Assembly: GCA_903924465.1 (NCBI GenBank)
Contig: CAIYBN010000145.1
Span: 83,715 to 147,714, forward strand
Source: an uncultured Myxococcales bacterium
Lineage (GTDB): Bacteria; Myxococcota_A; UBA9042
Length of the DNA stretch: 64,000 nt
Direction: 5' to 3'
The notes below the pieces were generated by a model. It was given only the letters and a program-made list of their open reading frames with translations. It had not been told where the DNA came from and ran no database searches. A program made the translations under genes and the position numbers. Shown one piece after another: positions 18,716 through 28,038 of the stretch. Every line of letters begins with the position of its first letter. Positions within the stretch are counted from its first letter, which is position 1.

Positions 18716-20284
18716 CTATTTGCCCTTGCCCAGCGGCTCGATCGGCGTGCGCGGATACAGGACATCGCGCGACACCACATCTTCAATCGCCGCCATCGCC
18801 GCCAGCACGCGCTCTTCGCGGTAAGGCGGCGCGACGACCTGCACGCCCACGGGCATACCATCCGCGTGCAACTCCGCAGCAGCGCAGCGCTTTTCCACCG
18901 TATCGCGCGGATTCGCGCGCACGGTCTCGCCTTCCAGCACGCGTGTCACGGGCGTCACGCCGGCCGGATAGTTCAGCATCACGTAGCGAAACGCGTAGGA
19001 CAGCGTCATCGTCAAATCGCCCGACGTACCAATCAGCATGGCCGGCATCGTGTGCGGCGGGCACAGCACCAGATCCAGCTGCTGCGCCGACCACGCGTCC
19101 AGCTCCGCACGTCGAAGCAAGGTGCGCTGGTTCGTCAAAGCCCAGAGCTCAGCCACCGGCTTTTGGCCCAGCGACCGCAGCAAACGCGCCATCCGCTTGT
19201 CGCCCCGGGCGTCGAAGATCGCCGCCAGCAACGCGCGAATTGGACTGGGCAATAGCGCGGCCTTGACGCTCGGCTGCAGCTGCCGCGCCGGCATTTCGCC
19301 CGCCAGCATGTTGCGCAGCGTCGTGCCACCGTCCGAGGAAATGCCCGCCAGCCAGGTGAAGAGCAGGTCCGGCCCCGGCGGCTGGTAGTCCACGATCGTC
19401 GCGCCCGCCGCCCGGAGCGCGTCCGCCGCCAACCGCACCGCGCGCTGGATGCCGGCATTTGGCGTCAGATAGCCATCGTCGAGCGTCACGCCCACGCGCA
19501 TGCCGCGCAGATCCACGCCCGCGATGTCCGGAATCGGCCACGGTGGGACGGCGGGATCCAGTTGCGCCGCTTTGGGCAAATCCACCGCCTGCATCAGCAG
19601 CGCCAGATCGCGGGCGTGCCGGGCCATCGGGCCCATTTGCGACCGCACCATTTCCTGGCCGGCGATGCCCGTGGCCGAGCCGCGGTTGCTCCAGCGATCC
19701 ACCGTCGGCTTCAGGCCGTGAATGCCGCAAAAATGTGCGGGAATGCGGATGGACCCACCGATGTCGGTACCAATCCCCAGCGCGCTCATGCCCGCCGCCA
19801 GCGCTGCCGCTTCACCGCCCGAAGAGCCGCCCGGCGAGCGCGCGGTGTTCCAGGGATTGTGCGTGATGCCCCAAATGTCGTTCTCGGCTTCCTGCGCCAA
19901 CAGCAGCTGCGGCACATTGGTCTTGCCGATCACGATCGCCCCGGCTTCCTTGAGCAGCCGCACGGTCACCGCGTCGGTCTTCGCCGGCTGGTTGCGGCGG
20001 TTCTTCAGGCCCATCGTGGAATCGGTGCCGGCGATATCGATATTTTCCTTGATCGTCACCGGCAAGCCGTGCAGCAGGCCCCACGATTCACCGCGCAGAC
20101 GCGCCGCATCGGCTTCATCCGCGCGCTGCAACGCCTCGGCGTCAAACTCGAGGACGAACGCCCGCACTTCCGCATCAACTGCGTGGCGGCGATCGATCAG
20201 CGCCTGGACGATCTGTCGGGAAGACACCTGCCGCGTTTCCAGGTGCGATTTCAGTTGAAGCGCGGAGAGCTCGTGGATCTGCAT
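18716..20284 (-). CDS. Amidase-signature family protein (fatty-acid amide hydrolase-like)
   Basis: GLPVTIKE (Lys), SPGGSSGGEAA, GIGTDIGGSIRIPAHFCG (Ser-cisSer-Lys triad). Confidence 0.93.
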   Translation of the reverse strand: MQIHELSALQLKSHLETRQVSSRQIVQALIDRRHAVDAEVRAFVLEFDAEALQRADEADAARLRGESWGLLHGLPVTIKENIDIAGTDSTMGLKNRRNQPAKTDAVTVRLLKEAGAIVIGKTNVPQLLLAQEAENDIWGITHNPWNTARSPGGSSGGEAAALAAGMSALGIGTDIGGSIRIPAHFCGIHGLKPTVDRWSNRGSATGIAGQEMVRSQMGPMARHARDLALLMQAVDLPKAAQLDPAVPPWPIPDIAGVDLRGMRVGVTLDDGYLTPNAGIQRAVRLAADALRAAGATIVDYQPPGPDLLFTWLAGISSDGGTTLRNMLAGEMPARQLQPSVKAALLPSPIRALLAAIFDARGDKRMARLLRSLGQKPVAELWALTNQRTLLRRAELDAWSAQQLDLVLCPPHTMPAMLIGTSGDLTMTLSYAFRYVMLNYPAGVTPVTRVLEGETVRANPRDTVEKRCAAAELHADGMPVGVQVVAPPYREERVLAAMAAIEDVVSRDVLYPRTPIEPLGKGK

Positions 20285-20394
20285 GACCCTCAGCATCCGC
20301 GATTCGGCGCAACCTTGCAACGGCCGCACGAATTGCCGGATTGTGCTATGTTCCCGGCCGCGGGGCGACCCAACGTCACCCAAGTGGAGTTGCC

Positions 20395-20868
20395 ATGCGC
20401 ACTTGGCCTTTGGGCAGTCAGATTTTCGTCGTGGGCAACGTCAACAACCACAACTACACGATTGGCAAGGCCTACATCGTGGCTGAGATTGACGACGACG
20501 GCACACTGCGGGCGCGCGATCCGGAGAGCGGCGTGACGGGGAACTGGCTGCGCTGGCAGGATGTCGACAGTGTCGCGCCGGTGGGCTGGCAGTGGGTGCG
20601 CACGGTGTTGCCGCCCGAGGTCGTGCTCTTTCTGGAAGCGTTCGAAGGTATCGAGCAGATCACGCTGCGCGAGCCGATGAAGGCCCGGCTGATGCAGCGC
20701 TTGCCCAGCCTTTTTGACGCGATCCTCGAGGAGTCGCAGAAGATGCGCGTGGAAGATACCGCCGCGCCACCGACTCCGACGGTGGAAAAGCCGCGGGGTG
20801 ATGCTGCTTTGCGGCGCTTTTTTGGCAACGTGCCGGAAGCCGACAAAGATGACGACCTGGCGTCCTGA
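20395..20868 (+). CDS. Hypothetical protein, probably the first gene of the hflKC unit
   Basis: 157-aa ORF with typical codon usage; extended -10 TG-c-TATGTT at 20344-20352; 18 nt upstream of hflK. Confidence 0.65.
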   Translation: MRTWPLGSQIFVVGNVNNHNYTIGKAYIVAEIDDDGTLRARDPESGVTGNWLRWQDVDSVAPVGWQWVRTVLPPEVVLFLEAFEGIEQITLREPMKARLMQRLPSLFDAILEESQKMRVEDTAAPPTPTVEKPRGDAALRRFFGNVPEADKDDDLAS

Positions 20869-20886
20869 CGCCGCGAAGGACAGAAC

Positions 20887-21912
20887 ATGACGATTCCCCA
20901 CCGCGATGCCGGCTTCCGCCCGCCCGAATGGCGTCCGCCCGGAACCTGGATTCACTGGCTGCTGTGGGTGGTTCTGGCCCTGCTGGCTGTGGCGACGGCA
21001 CGCTCGGCGTTTTACACGGTCGGTACCGATGAACAAGCCGTGGTGCTGCGGCTGGGACGCTACACAACAACAGAAGGCGCCGGCTTTCATTTCAAGCTGC
21101 CGTTTGGTCTGGACACGGTCGCGCGTTTTCCGACCGAGCGCGTGCTGAAGCAGGAATTCGGCTTTCGCACGACCAAGGCGGATGTGCGCTCGGAGTTCGT
21201 CAAGGGCCCTTATGCCTTGGAATCGTTGACGTTGACGGGTGATTTGAACATCGCCGACGTCGAATGGATTGTCCAGTACCGCATCACCAGTGCGACGGAT
21301 TACTGGTTTCACCTGAACGACCCGGACGCGACGGTGCGTGACCTTTCGGAGGCCGTGTTGCGCGAAGTGGCGGGCAGCCGCACGGTGGACGACCTGCTGA
21401 CCGTCGGCCGCAACCAGATCGAGGCCGAAGCGCAGATTTTGCTGCAGAAATCGTTCAACAGCTACAAGGCTGGCATCAAGGTCATCGCCGTGCAGCTGCG
21501 CGGTGTGACGCCGCCCGAGCCGGTGCAGGCCAGCTTCAACGACGTAAACCGCGCCGAACAGGATCGCGAGAAGATGATCAACGAGGCGCGCGCGGCCTAC
21601 AACCGCGAGATTCCCAAGGCGGAAGGCGAGGCGCTGCAGACGGTGGAACGCGCGGAAGGCGCCCGGCGGGAGCGCATCAACCGCGCCAAGGGCGACGCGG
21701 AACGGTTCCGGCAGATTCTGACCGAGTACAAGAAGTCGCCGGAAGTGACACGCAAACGCCTGTACCTGGAAACGATGGCGCAGGTTTTGCCGAAGATCGA
21801 TGAATTGACGGTGCTGGATGGCGGCCAGAAGGGCGGGATTCTTCCTGTGCTGCAACTGGGCTCGGGCGCAACGAAACTGCCGGACGCCCCGGCCGCTGGA
21901 GGTACACCATGA
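20887..21912 (+). CDS. hflK: FtsH protease modulator HflK
   Basis: N-terminal TM; SPFH domain (YTVGTDEQAVVLRLG, LTGDLNIADVEWIVQYRI); VQASFNDVNRAEQD, IPKAEGEA, VTRKRLYLETM. Confidence 0.93.
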   Translation: MTIPHRDAGFRPPEWRPPGTWIHWLLWVVLALLAVATARSAFYTVGTDEQAVVLRLGRYTTTEGAGFHFKLPFGLDTVARFPTERVLKQEFGFRTTKADVRSEFVKGPYALESLTLTGDLNIADVEWIVQYRITSATDYWFHLNDPDATVRDLSEAVLREVAGSRTVDDLLTVGRNQIEAEAQILLQKSFNSYKAGIKVIAVQLRGVTPPEPVQASFNDVNRAEQDREKMINEARAAYNREIPKAEGEALQTVERAEGARRERINRAKGDAERFRQILTEYKKSPEVTRKRLYLETMAQVLPKIDELTVLDGGQKGGILPVLQLGSGATKLPDAPAAGGTP

Positions 21913-22865
21913 GCCAGCGCGTCGCCCTCATTTCGCTCATCGCCATCGTCGTCGGCTTCTGGCTGGCGGCAAATTGTCTGGTCGTCGTCAACGAATTCGA
22001 GCAGGTCGTCATCACCGAGTTCGGCGAGCCGATCGGCAAAACCCGCACCAACCCCGGCCTGATGTTCATCGCACCGTGGGACAAGGTCCACCGCTTCAGC
22101 AAGCAGCTGCTGCGCTGGGACAGCGACCGCGCGCAGGTACCGACCAAGGACAAGCGCTTCATCTGGGTCGACTGCACGGCGCGCTGGCAGATCGTCGATT
22201 CGTTGAAATTCCTGCGCAGCGTGCGGGATTTTGAAGGCGCGCAGACTCGTCTCGACGACGTGATTGAGTCGACCGTGCGGCTGACGATTTCGGAGAATAA
22301 CCTGATCGAAGCGGTGCGCCCGGACACGCGCGCGGTCGAGATGCCCGGCATGGACACGGAAACGCACGACGAACTGGTCGTGCGCAAGGGCCGCCTGGAG
22401 CTGCACCGGGAAATCCTCGAGCGGGCGCGCAAGATGACGCTTTCGGCGTACGGCATTGATATCGTGGACGTGCGTTTGAAGCGCATCAACTACATCGAGG
22501 CGGTGCAGCAGAACGTCTTCGGTCGGATGATCGCGGAGCGCCAGAAGGTGGCCGAGCAGTATCGCTCGGAAGGTGCCGGCAAGGCGGCAGAAATCCAGGG
22601 CACGATGGAGCGCAAGTTGGCGGAGATTCGCTCCGAGGCCTACCGCAAGGCGCGCGAAATTGCCGGTCAGGGCGAGGCGGAATCGACGAAGATCTATGCC
22701 GACGCGTACAACGCCGATCCGGAGCTCTACGCGTTCCTCGCGACGCTGGAGGCCTACCCGCAGATTCTCGGCGCGGGTCGCGGCGCGGGCACGCGGACGC
22801 ACGTGCTGTTGGGCACCGACGCGGAACTGCTGACGTATTTGAAGAGTTCGAAGCTGGCCCGATAG
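21909..22865 (+). CDS. hflC: FtsH protease modulator HflC
   Basis: ATGA overlap with hflK; VVITEFGEP, VPTKDKRFIWVD, RMIAERQKVAEQYRSEG, YADAYNADPE. Confidence 0.93.
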   Translation: MSQRVALISLIAIVVGFWLAANCLVVVNEFEQVVITEFGEPIGKTRTNPGLMFIAPWDKVHRFSKQLLRWDSDRAQVPTKDKRFIWVDCTARWQIVDSLKFLRSVRDFEGAQTRLDDVIESTVRLTISENNLIEAVRPDTRAVEMPGMDTETHDELVVRKGRLELHREILERARKMTLSAYGIDIVDVRLKRINYIEAVQQNVFGRMIAERQKVAEQYRSEGAGKAAEIQGTMERKLAEIRSEAYRKAREIAGQGEAESTKIYADAYNADPELYAFLATLEAYPQILGAGRGAGTRTHVLLGTDAELLTYLKSSKLAR

Positions 22866-22868
22866 GCT

Positions 22869-22911
22869 GCACCGGCGGCGACGCGAATGAATGGCGCGCC
22901 GCCGGTGCTTT
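22869..22911 (+). terminator. Hairpin terminator between convergent genes
   Basis: GCACCGGCGGCG (22869-22880) / CGCCGCCGGTGC (22897-22908), followed by a short T run. Confidence 0.55.
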
Positions 22912-22922
22912 CCCCAAAATGA

Positions 22923-25268
22923 CTACAGTTTCGCGTTGGTGAACGACGTCTGCTTGACGTTGCGCAGCAGGTCCGTCATCAGCGCACTGCCGAGGACCGC
23001 CTGCACGGTCTGCGGCGTCTTCAGCACGAACGCCCCGACATTGCACGTCTTGGCCGTGGCGCGGTAGTCCTGATCGCCGCCCAGCGGCTGCAAATTCGGC
23101 AGCTTGATCGTCGCGCCGATCGCCGACTTGGGCAGCAGCACGAGCCAGCTCGCGCCCTGCGTGCTTTCCAGCGTCGCGCGGTAGAAATCGGCCCCGGGGA
23201 CTTCCACGACCTTCAGCGTACCCGCCGTCGGATCAAAGACCGAGCCAATCGGCAGCGGCAGGAACGTGGGAATCGTCAGCGTGGCGGGGGCGAAATCCGG
23301 CTGGGTGATCTCGATCGAACCACCTTCCTGGTGCGTCGTGAGCACCTTGCCGTTGGCGTCCTTGGTCGTGCCGGCCAGCACCACCGCCGCCGAGACAATG
23401 ACGTGGTTCGCTGCACCAAACTGCAGGCCGGAATGCAAGGGCGCCATCGACAGGTTCAGCCACGGCTGGTCACCCGGCGTCTCCGGATCGCCGTCGACGA
23501 TGCCGTCCGACGGATCCGTCTTTTCATTCTTGTCGGCCGCCGCGCTCAGGCCCAACGGAACGATTTCACCCGACGGCAGTTCCGCGCCGCCGATGGCGAA
23601 CACCAGATCGGCAAACGTGCCATCGCCCAGCGACGGCAACAGCGGCGGCGTAACCGTCGTCTTGACCAGCAGCGGGAATTGCGGATTGAGATCAAGCTCG
23701 TGAATCGGGGTGGACACCGTCGTGGCAAACGGCACGTCCATCACGACCTGCGAATAGAACGTCGACAGGTACGGCAGCAACACCGCGACGATCTTGCCGA
23801 TGTCGACACCGCCATCAATCGCGTCAAAGACTTTGCCAATTTGCGCGTAAATCGTCGCCAGCTCGATGTGACCGGCGAGGGTCCACAGCTTGTGCGAACC
23901 CGGCGTCGCGGACAGCAGGTACTTCACCACGACCGGCTTGCCGAGGCCAAAGGTGACGCCGCCGGGAATCTGGTTGTAGTTGCCGGGATTCAGGAATGTC
24001 GGCGCGTCCTTGTCGAACTTGCGCGTCACGTTCGGGCCAAGAATCGACGCGATGGAGAAGCTCAGCAGGCTGTTGTTGAACGACAGCGACGTCAGGCCGA
24101 GTGCCGCTTCGCCGGTTCCGCTGTACGTGATCGAGCCCGTCAGCACGTCCTGGTTGATGAGCTTCGTGCCGGGGTGAACCACCTTGCCGTTGTCGTCGAT
24201 GATCTTGTCCATCACCAGCGTGCCATCATCGCTCAACGCCACGTCGGCATACGCGACCAGTGGCGCGGTGACGGTGATATCGCCCGTTGTACCTTCCGGC
24301 TTGTAGCCAAGCACGGAAACCGGCGCGTGGTTCGGCGCGAAGACGTGGATGTCGGCTGGGAAAGTCAGCGCCGCGATGTTGGCTTGACCGTTGACCAACG
24401 CGATGGTCTGCGGCGTGGCGGGCGTGACCGCATCGGCCTCACCGACCACGACAATGTTGCCGGTCAGCGGCGCCAGCGTCTCTTCATCAAACGCGGCCAC
24501 GCGCAGCAAACCGCTCGTCAGCTTGCCGACGTTGTGGATCACCGCCGGATTTGAATTCTTACCATCGCCGCCCACGACTTGGGCGGTCACGGTGTAATCG
24601 CCAGCCGCGTCGGGCAGCGTGATCTTGCCAGCAGCAGCCGTCGGCGCACCCGCGCCCGTCACCGCAAAGGTGAAGGTCGCAGACGCCACGACGTCGCCCT
24701 TGTCCGTGATCGCTTGCGCGCCCAGATCGACGGTCAAATCGACCGACTGGCCCGGCTTGCCGACGAGCGCCGTGCGCAGCAACCGCGCGTGCAGCCCGGA
24801 AGCCGCGGGGGGCGCGATGCAGCCACCTTGCGAGCACATTTTGCCGGTGCCGCACTCCGCATCCTTGGTGCACTGGCCTTGCAGGCAGACGCCGTTGGGC
24901 ACGTCACAGACGCAGGTGAATCGGTCGTCGAGGCATTCGGGCTGGCCAATGCGTCCTGCGCAATCGGCGTTGGCCGCACACACGAATTTGGCGACACAGC
25001 AGCCGGCCGGGCATTCGTACTTGCCCATGTCGCCGCACAAGCTGACGTCGAACTGGCCCTGCGGGGTGACACACGCCTTCGCGCAAACGCCAGTATCGGT
25101 CGTCGCGTCGGTCGCAGAGACATCGCCCGGCACGTCCGCCGGCGCATCGTCGCTGACGCCGGTGTCCGTATCCGCCGTGCTGCTCGTGCCGCAGGCACCG
25201 AGAGCCAGGAACCCTACGGACAGCGCCATCCACATCAAGCGCGTCTGAAAAAAGCCAGTTACCTTCAT
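22923..25268 (-). CDS. Large hypothetical lipoprotein (Cys-rich N-terminus, beta-rich body)
   Basis: LALGA-C-G lipobox, Asp-rich linker, CxxDxEC repeats, then about 600 aa of beta-rich sequence. Confidence 0.75.
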   Translation of the reverse strand: MKVTGFFQTRLMWMALSVGFLALGACGTSSTADTDTGVSDDAPADVPGDVSATDATTDTGVCAKACVTPQGQFDVSLCGDMGKYECPAGCCVAKFVCAANADCAGRIGQPECLDDRFTCVCDVPNGVCLQGQCTKDAECGTGKMCSQGGCIAPPAASGLHARLLRTALVGKPGQSVDLTVDLGAQAITDKGDVVASATFTFAVTGAGAPTAAAGKITLPDAAGDYTVTAQVVGGDGKNSNPAVIHNVGKLTSGLLRVAAFDEETLAPLTGNIVVVGEADAVTPATPQTIALVNGQANIAALTFPADIHVFAPNHAPVSVLGYKPEGTTGDITVTAPLVAYADVALSDDGTLVMDKIIDDNGKVVHPGTKLINQDVLTGSITYSGTGEAALGLTSLSFNNSLLSFSIASILGPNVTRKFDKDAPTFLNPGNYNQIPGGVTFGLGKPVVVKYLLSATPGSHKLWTLAGHIELATIYAQIGKVFDAIDGGVDIGKIVAVLLPYLSTFYSQVVMDVPFATTVSTPIHELDLNPQFPLLVKTTVTPPLLPSLGDGTFADLVFAIGGAELPSGEIVPLGLSAAADKNEKTDPSDGIVDGDPETPGDQPWLNLSMAPLHSGLQFGAANHVIVSAAVVLAGTTKDANGKVLTTHQEGGSIEITQPDFAPATLTIPTFLPLPIGSVFDPTAGTLKVVEVPGADFYRATLESTQGASWLVLLPKSAIGATIKLPNLQPLGGDQDYRATAKTCNVGAFVLKTPQTVQAVLGSALMTDLLRNVKQTSFTNAKL

Positions 25269-25313
25269 GATTTTCCCCTCAAAATGCCAACAGCCACCCC
25301 GGCGGCGGCAAGG

Positions 25314-25342
25314 AGCATAGCGGTTTCAGCAGCGCGTCACAA
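25314..25342 (-). promoter_or_regulatory. sigma70-type promoter for the 25268 lipoprotein gene
   Basis: Minus strand TTGTGA(25342-25337)-N17-TATGCT(25319-25314). Confidence 0.5.
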
Positions 25343-25356
25343 TCGCCGCGTACCGG

Positions 25357-25845
25357 TCAAGAAAAGCGGGTTCTTCCGCGCTTGTGCAGGAGCTCCAGAC
25401 TGACGCGATTCGAGGCCTTTTCGGGCGGGCGGATCGCCGCCACACGCGTCGGTGCGCACTCGGCGACACGCGCGTCGAGCCAGGCCAGCCGCGCGGCGCT
25501 CAACGCAAGGCCCACCTGCCAGCGCCGTTCCAGTCGTCGCTGCCAAGTCAGAACGCGATCCGCCACCACGGTGCGCCGCAGAAACTCCGGCATGGGTCGA
25601 ACGATACGCATACGCCAGACCGAATGCGCGGGTTTGCCCGCATCAAGCCCGGCCAATCTCTTCTGGAGTTCCAGCACCAGCGCCCGCACGTTGGCTTCCG
25701 AATGCGCATCGGCGTGGAGTTCCTGCCACGCGCGCACGGCAACCTGGCGCGCGTCTGCCCGTTCCGCACGCGGCACAAGCGGCATCAACACCGCCAGCCG
25801 CTCCGCATCCTGGCGCAGAATCGCTCGCAGCGCGCGCGTGCCCAT
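25357..25845 (-). CDS. Hypothetical protein
   Basis: 162-aa ORF starting 3 nt after the DUF192 stop; no recognizable motif. Confidence 0.45.
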   Translation of the reverse strand: MGTRALRAILRQDAERLAVLMPLVPRAERADARQVAVRAWQELHADAHSEANVRALVLELQKRLAGLDAGKPAHSVWRMRIVRPMPEFLRRTVVADRVLTWQRRLERRWQVGLALSAARLAWLDARVAECAPTRVAAIRPPEKASNRVSLELLHKRGRTRFS

Positions 25846-25848
25846 CCG

Positions 25849-26394
25849 TCAGGGCACTGGCGCAGCCGCATCGGGCCGCGGTTCGTAAACGAAGCGCGTG
25901 CCAGCGTGAATGCCCAGCTTGCCCGCAGTATGCGCCGTCAATTCGAGGACATAGCGGGAGTCCGCGCCCACCGATCGGTGATCTTCCGTCAGCGGTGGCA
26001 CGTTCTCGACGACACCCGCCACGCGCCAGTCGCGATCGATGAACACCATGTCCAAGGGGATGTAGGTGTTGCGCATGTAGAACACCCAGTCGTTGTCATA
26101 GGGCATGAAGAAGAGCATGCCGTGGTCGTCCGCCATCCGGTGACGGAACATCAGCCCTTGCTGACGTTCGCCATCCTTGCGCGCCAATTCCAGATCGATC
26201 GTCGGACTATTGGGACGGTCGGCGATGCGCATCACGCCGCGTCCTGCAAAATGTTCTATCTGTTCATGTTCTTGCGACTCGCGGCTCGCCGCCGTCGGTT
26301 GCGCGATCGTCGGTGGCACGTCCACAGTTGGCTCCACCGCAGCACGACTGCACGCGCACGCCGCGCACACGATCCAGCTGAGCGTCATGCGCAT
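25849..26394 (-). CDS. DUF192 family lipoprotein
   Basis: ELAR...RQQGLMFR...GMLFF...FYMRNTYIPLDMVFID...YVLEL..G pattern typical of DUF192. Confidence 0.88.
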   Translation of the reverse strand: MRMTLSWIVCAACACSRAAVEPTVDVPPTIAQPTAASRESQEHEQIEHFAGRGVMRIADRPNSPTIDLELARKDGERQQGLMFRHRMADDHGMLFFMPYDNDWVFYMRNTYIPLDMVFIDRDWRVAGVVENVPPLTEDHRSVGADSRYVLELTAHTAGKLGIHAGTRFVYEPRPDAAAPVP

Positions 26395-26945
26395 GGTGAC
26401 CTGCCGATCGACAACACGTCGACGCGCCGCTGCACCGCCGTCACGTTCGCTGGCGGCGTGGCGAGATCGTGAAAGTACGGCGCCAACTCGACGAATCGCG
26501 GATGTGCGAGCGTCAGGCCGAGGCCAACGCACAACTCAACGAGCCGCGCCTCAGCCTCCTCACGCACCGCGCGATCGTACCGACGGGCGAGCCCAACCAT
26601 CTGGCCGAGCACGACGCGCAACTGCCGGAACGGCTTTTCCTGCGCCAATGCTTGAATCACCAGCGCCTTGCCGCGACCCGGATCCAGCGACTGCGCCCAG
26701 TTCACCGCCAACGCGAACGCCTCATCGCTCTCCAGAAACGGCACCTCAAGCCAGCCATCCTCTTGCAACAACCGCAGCTCGAACGCCGCAGCGACGGCGG
26801 GCGAATTCTTGCGTCGCGGTGCGGAAAACAGCTCGCCCGTCACGGGATTCCAGTGCCCCATGCGCAACGGGCTCGCCTCAGCAAACAGCTGAACCAGCTT
26901 GGGCCAGTCGCCTTTGGCCACCGTCAAAGTCGCTTCTGATGGCAT
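26385..26945 (-). CDS. UPF0158-like protein
   Basis: 'WLEVPFLESDEAF...ALAQEKPFRQLRVVL' resembles the UPF0158 core. Confidence 0.55.
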   Translation of the reverse strand: MPSEATLTVAKGDWPKLVQLFAEASPLRMGHWNPVTGELFSAPRRKNSPAVAAAFELRLLQEDGWLEVPFLESDEAFALAVNWAQSLDPGRGKALVIQALAQEKPFRQLRVVLGQMVGLARRYDRAVREEAEARLVELCVGLGLTLAHPRFVELAPYFHDLATPPANVTAVQRRVDVLSIGRSPCA

Positions 26946-27108
26946 CTCAATTCCCCAGGGCGGCCGTGCGGCTCGTCTGCCATCGCCGCCCCATGGGGCC
27001 AAAGTACCAGCTTCTCCGGACGAGCGCGAGAACCCACAAAGAACGGAGCGTCACAAAAACTTTTGAACCTTCCTGGAAACTGAGGCAACCCAACGACCGT
27101 CCCCTTCG

Positions 27109-27123
27109 AACCGACGGTCGGTT
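27109..27123. promoter_or_regulatory. Perfect dyad AACCGAC-G-GTCGGTT
   Basis: 7-bp inverted repeat with a 1-nt spacer in the divergent intergenic region. Confidence 0.4.
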
Positions 27124-27183
27124 TGACAGGGGAACAAGGACACGGCGTTCGTCTCTTCGCGAGATCGACAAAATGTGTCGATG

Positions 27184-27199
27184 TGTGAACTTCTTCACG
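27184..27199. promoter_or_regulatory. CRP/FNR- or Rex-type operator
   Basis: TGTGA-ACTTCT-TCACG matches TGTGA-N6-TCACA at 9/10 and also the TGTGAA-N4-TTCAC core; centred about 74 bp upstream of the predicted start site. Confidence 0.5.
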
Positions 27200-27229
27200 C
27201 GTCACAGCGACCAAATGCACACCTGAGAG

Positions 27230-27259
27230 TTGACAGGCAGCAGGAGTGAGCCATACAGT
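27230..27259 (+). promoter_or_regulatory. sigma70 promoter of the polysaccharide-export cluster
   Basis: TTGACA(27230-27235)-N18-TACAGT(27254-27259). Confidence 0.6.
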
Positions 27260-27260
27260 A

Positions 27261-27340
27261 CCGTTGCTTGCGTTGCGTTCACCTTCGCAGGACGAACTTC
27301 ACGCCTTCGGGCGTGCGGCACTCGAAGCGACGCGGAACGG
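27261..27340 (+). ncRNA. Candidate structured 5' leader or sRNA (three-way junction)
   Basis: GCGTTGC/GCGACGC closing stem, GTTC/GAAC arm, CACGCC-TTCG-GGCGTG arm with a cUUCGg tetraloop, outer CCGTT/AACGG. No known family recognised. Confidence 0.35.
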
Positions 27341-27459
27341 GGTTAGCAGTTAGGCTCCTATCCAAAAAGAGCTGCAATTAGGCACGTTTTCGGATCTGTG
27401 ACTGTGTGAGCGTGTGTTTTGAACCGACCGGATGTTGCCCGTCGGAGTGAGGCCAGAGG

Positions 27460-28011
27460 ATGAAGCGCCAGTACCTTGCCATGATGATCGGAGCGTGCTG
27501 CTTGATCGTTGCGGGTCGCGTGGTCGCCGAAGATGCGCCGCCGGCCGATCCTTCCTCGATTGATTCGAAAATGCAGCAGTCGAAGGCGTTTATCGACAAG
27601 ATGAGCGCCATGGTCAGCGAAGGCTTTGCCGAGCTCGAAGATGCGCGCAAGTCGCAGAACATCAACCGCGTCAACTGCGTGAACGACGCATTGACGACGA
27701 TGAACGGCCTGAAGCGCTTGGCGGACAGCAACTTCACCGCGCTGCAAGAATGCGCGTCCCGTCGCGACGGCGACTGCGCGGAACACGAATACGTGAAAGT
27801 GTCGATCGCCTTCAACAAGGCGGAAGAACTGCAAGGCCAGCTCAAGGGCTGCGGTGGTCCTGCTGTGGACGGTACGATCGACGGTCGGCCGTACATCGAA
27901 AAGAACGTGGACAAGGACATGCCGGAAATCAACCCGACCGCTGGTCTCACCGACCTGGCGCCGCCGATTGAATATCCGCCGTCCGCGAGCCCATTTTTGG
28001 CCCATCCATAG
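27460..28011 (+). CDS. Small secreted alpha-helical Cys-containing protein, first gene of the export cluster
   Basis: Signal peptide; amphipathic helices with 'RVNCVND', 'ECASRRDGDC', 'LKGCGG'; Pro-rich tail; 27 nt before the beta-barrel gene. Confidence 0.75.
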   Translation: MKRQYLAMMIGACCLIVAGRVVAEDAPPADPSSIDSKMQQSKAFIDKMSAMVSEGFAELEDARKSQNINRVNCVNDALTTMNGLKRLADSNFTALQECASRRDGDCAEHEYVKVSIAFNKAEELQGQLKGCGGPAVDGTIDGRPYIEKNVDKDMPEINPTAGLTDLAPPIEYPPSASPFLAHP

Positions 28012-28038
28012 CGCTCCCGCATCCGAGGAAGTCTGAAC

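Noticed and set aside
26924-27220. Small minus-strand ORFs (98 aa and 83 aa) in the divergent spacer
   Set aside because: No motif or RBS support; they overlap regulatory dyads.
27261-27340. tRNA or known riboswitch
   Set aside because: There is a TTCGAGT on the minus strand but no cloverleaf order or CCA end; TPP, cobalamin, SAM, c-di-GMP and SRP signature motifs are absent.
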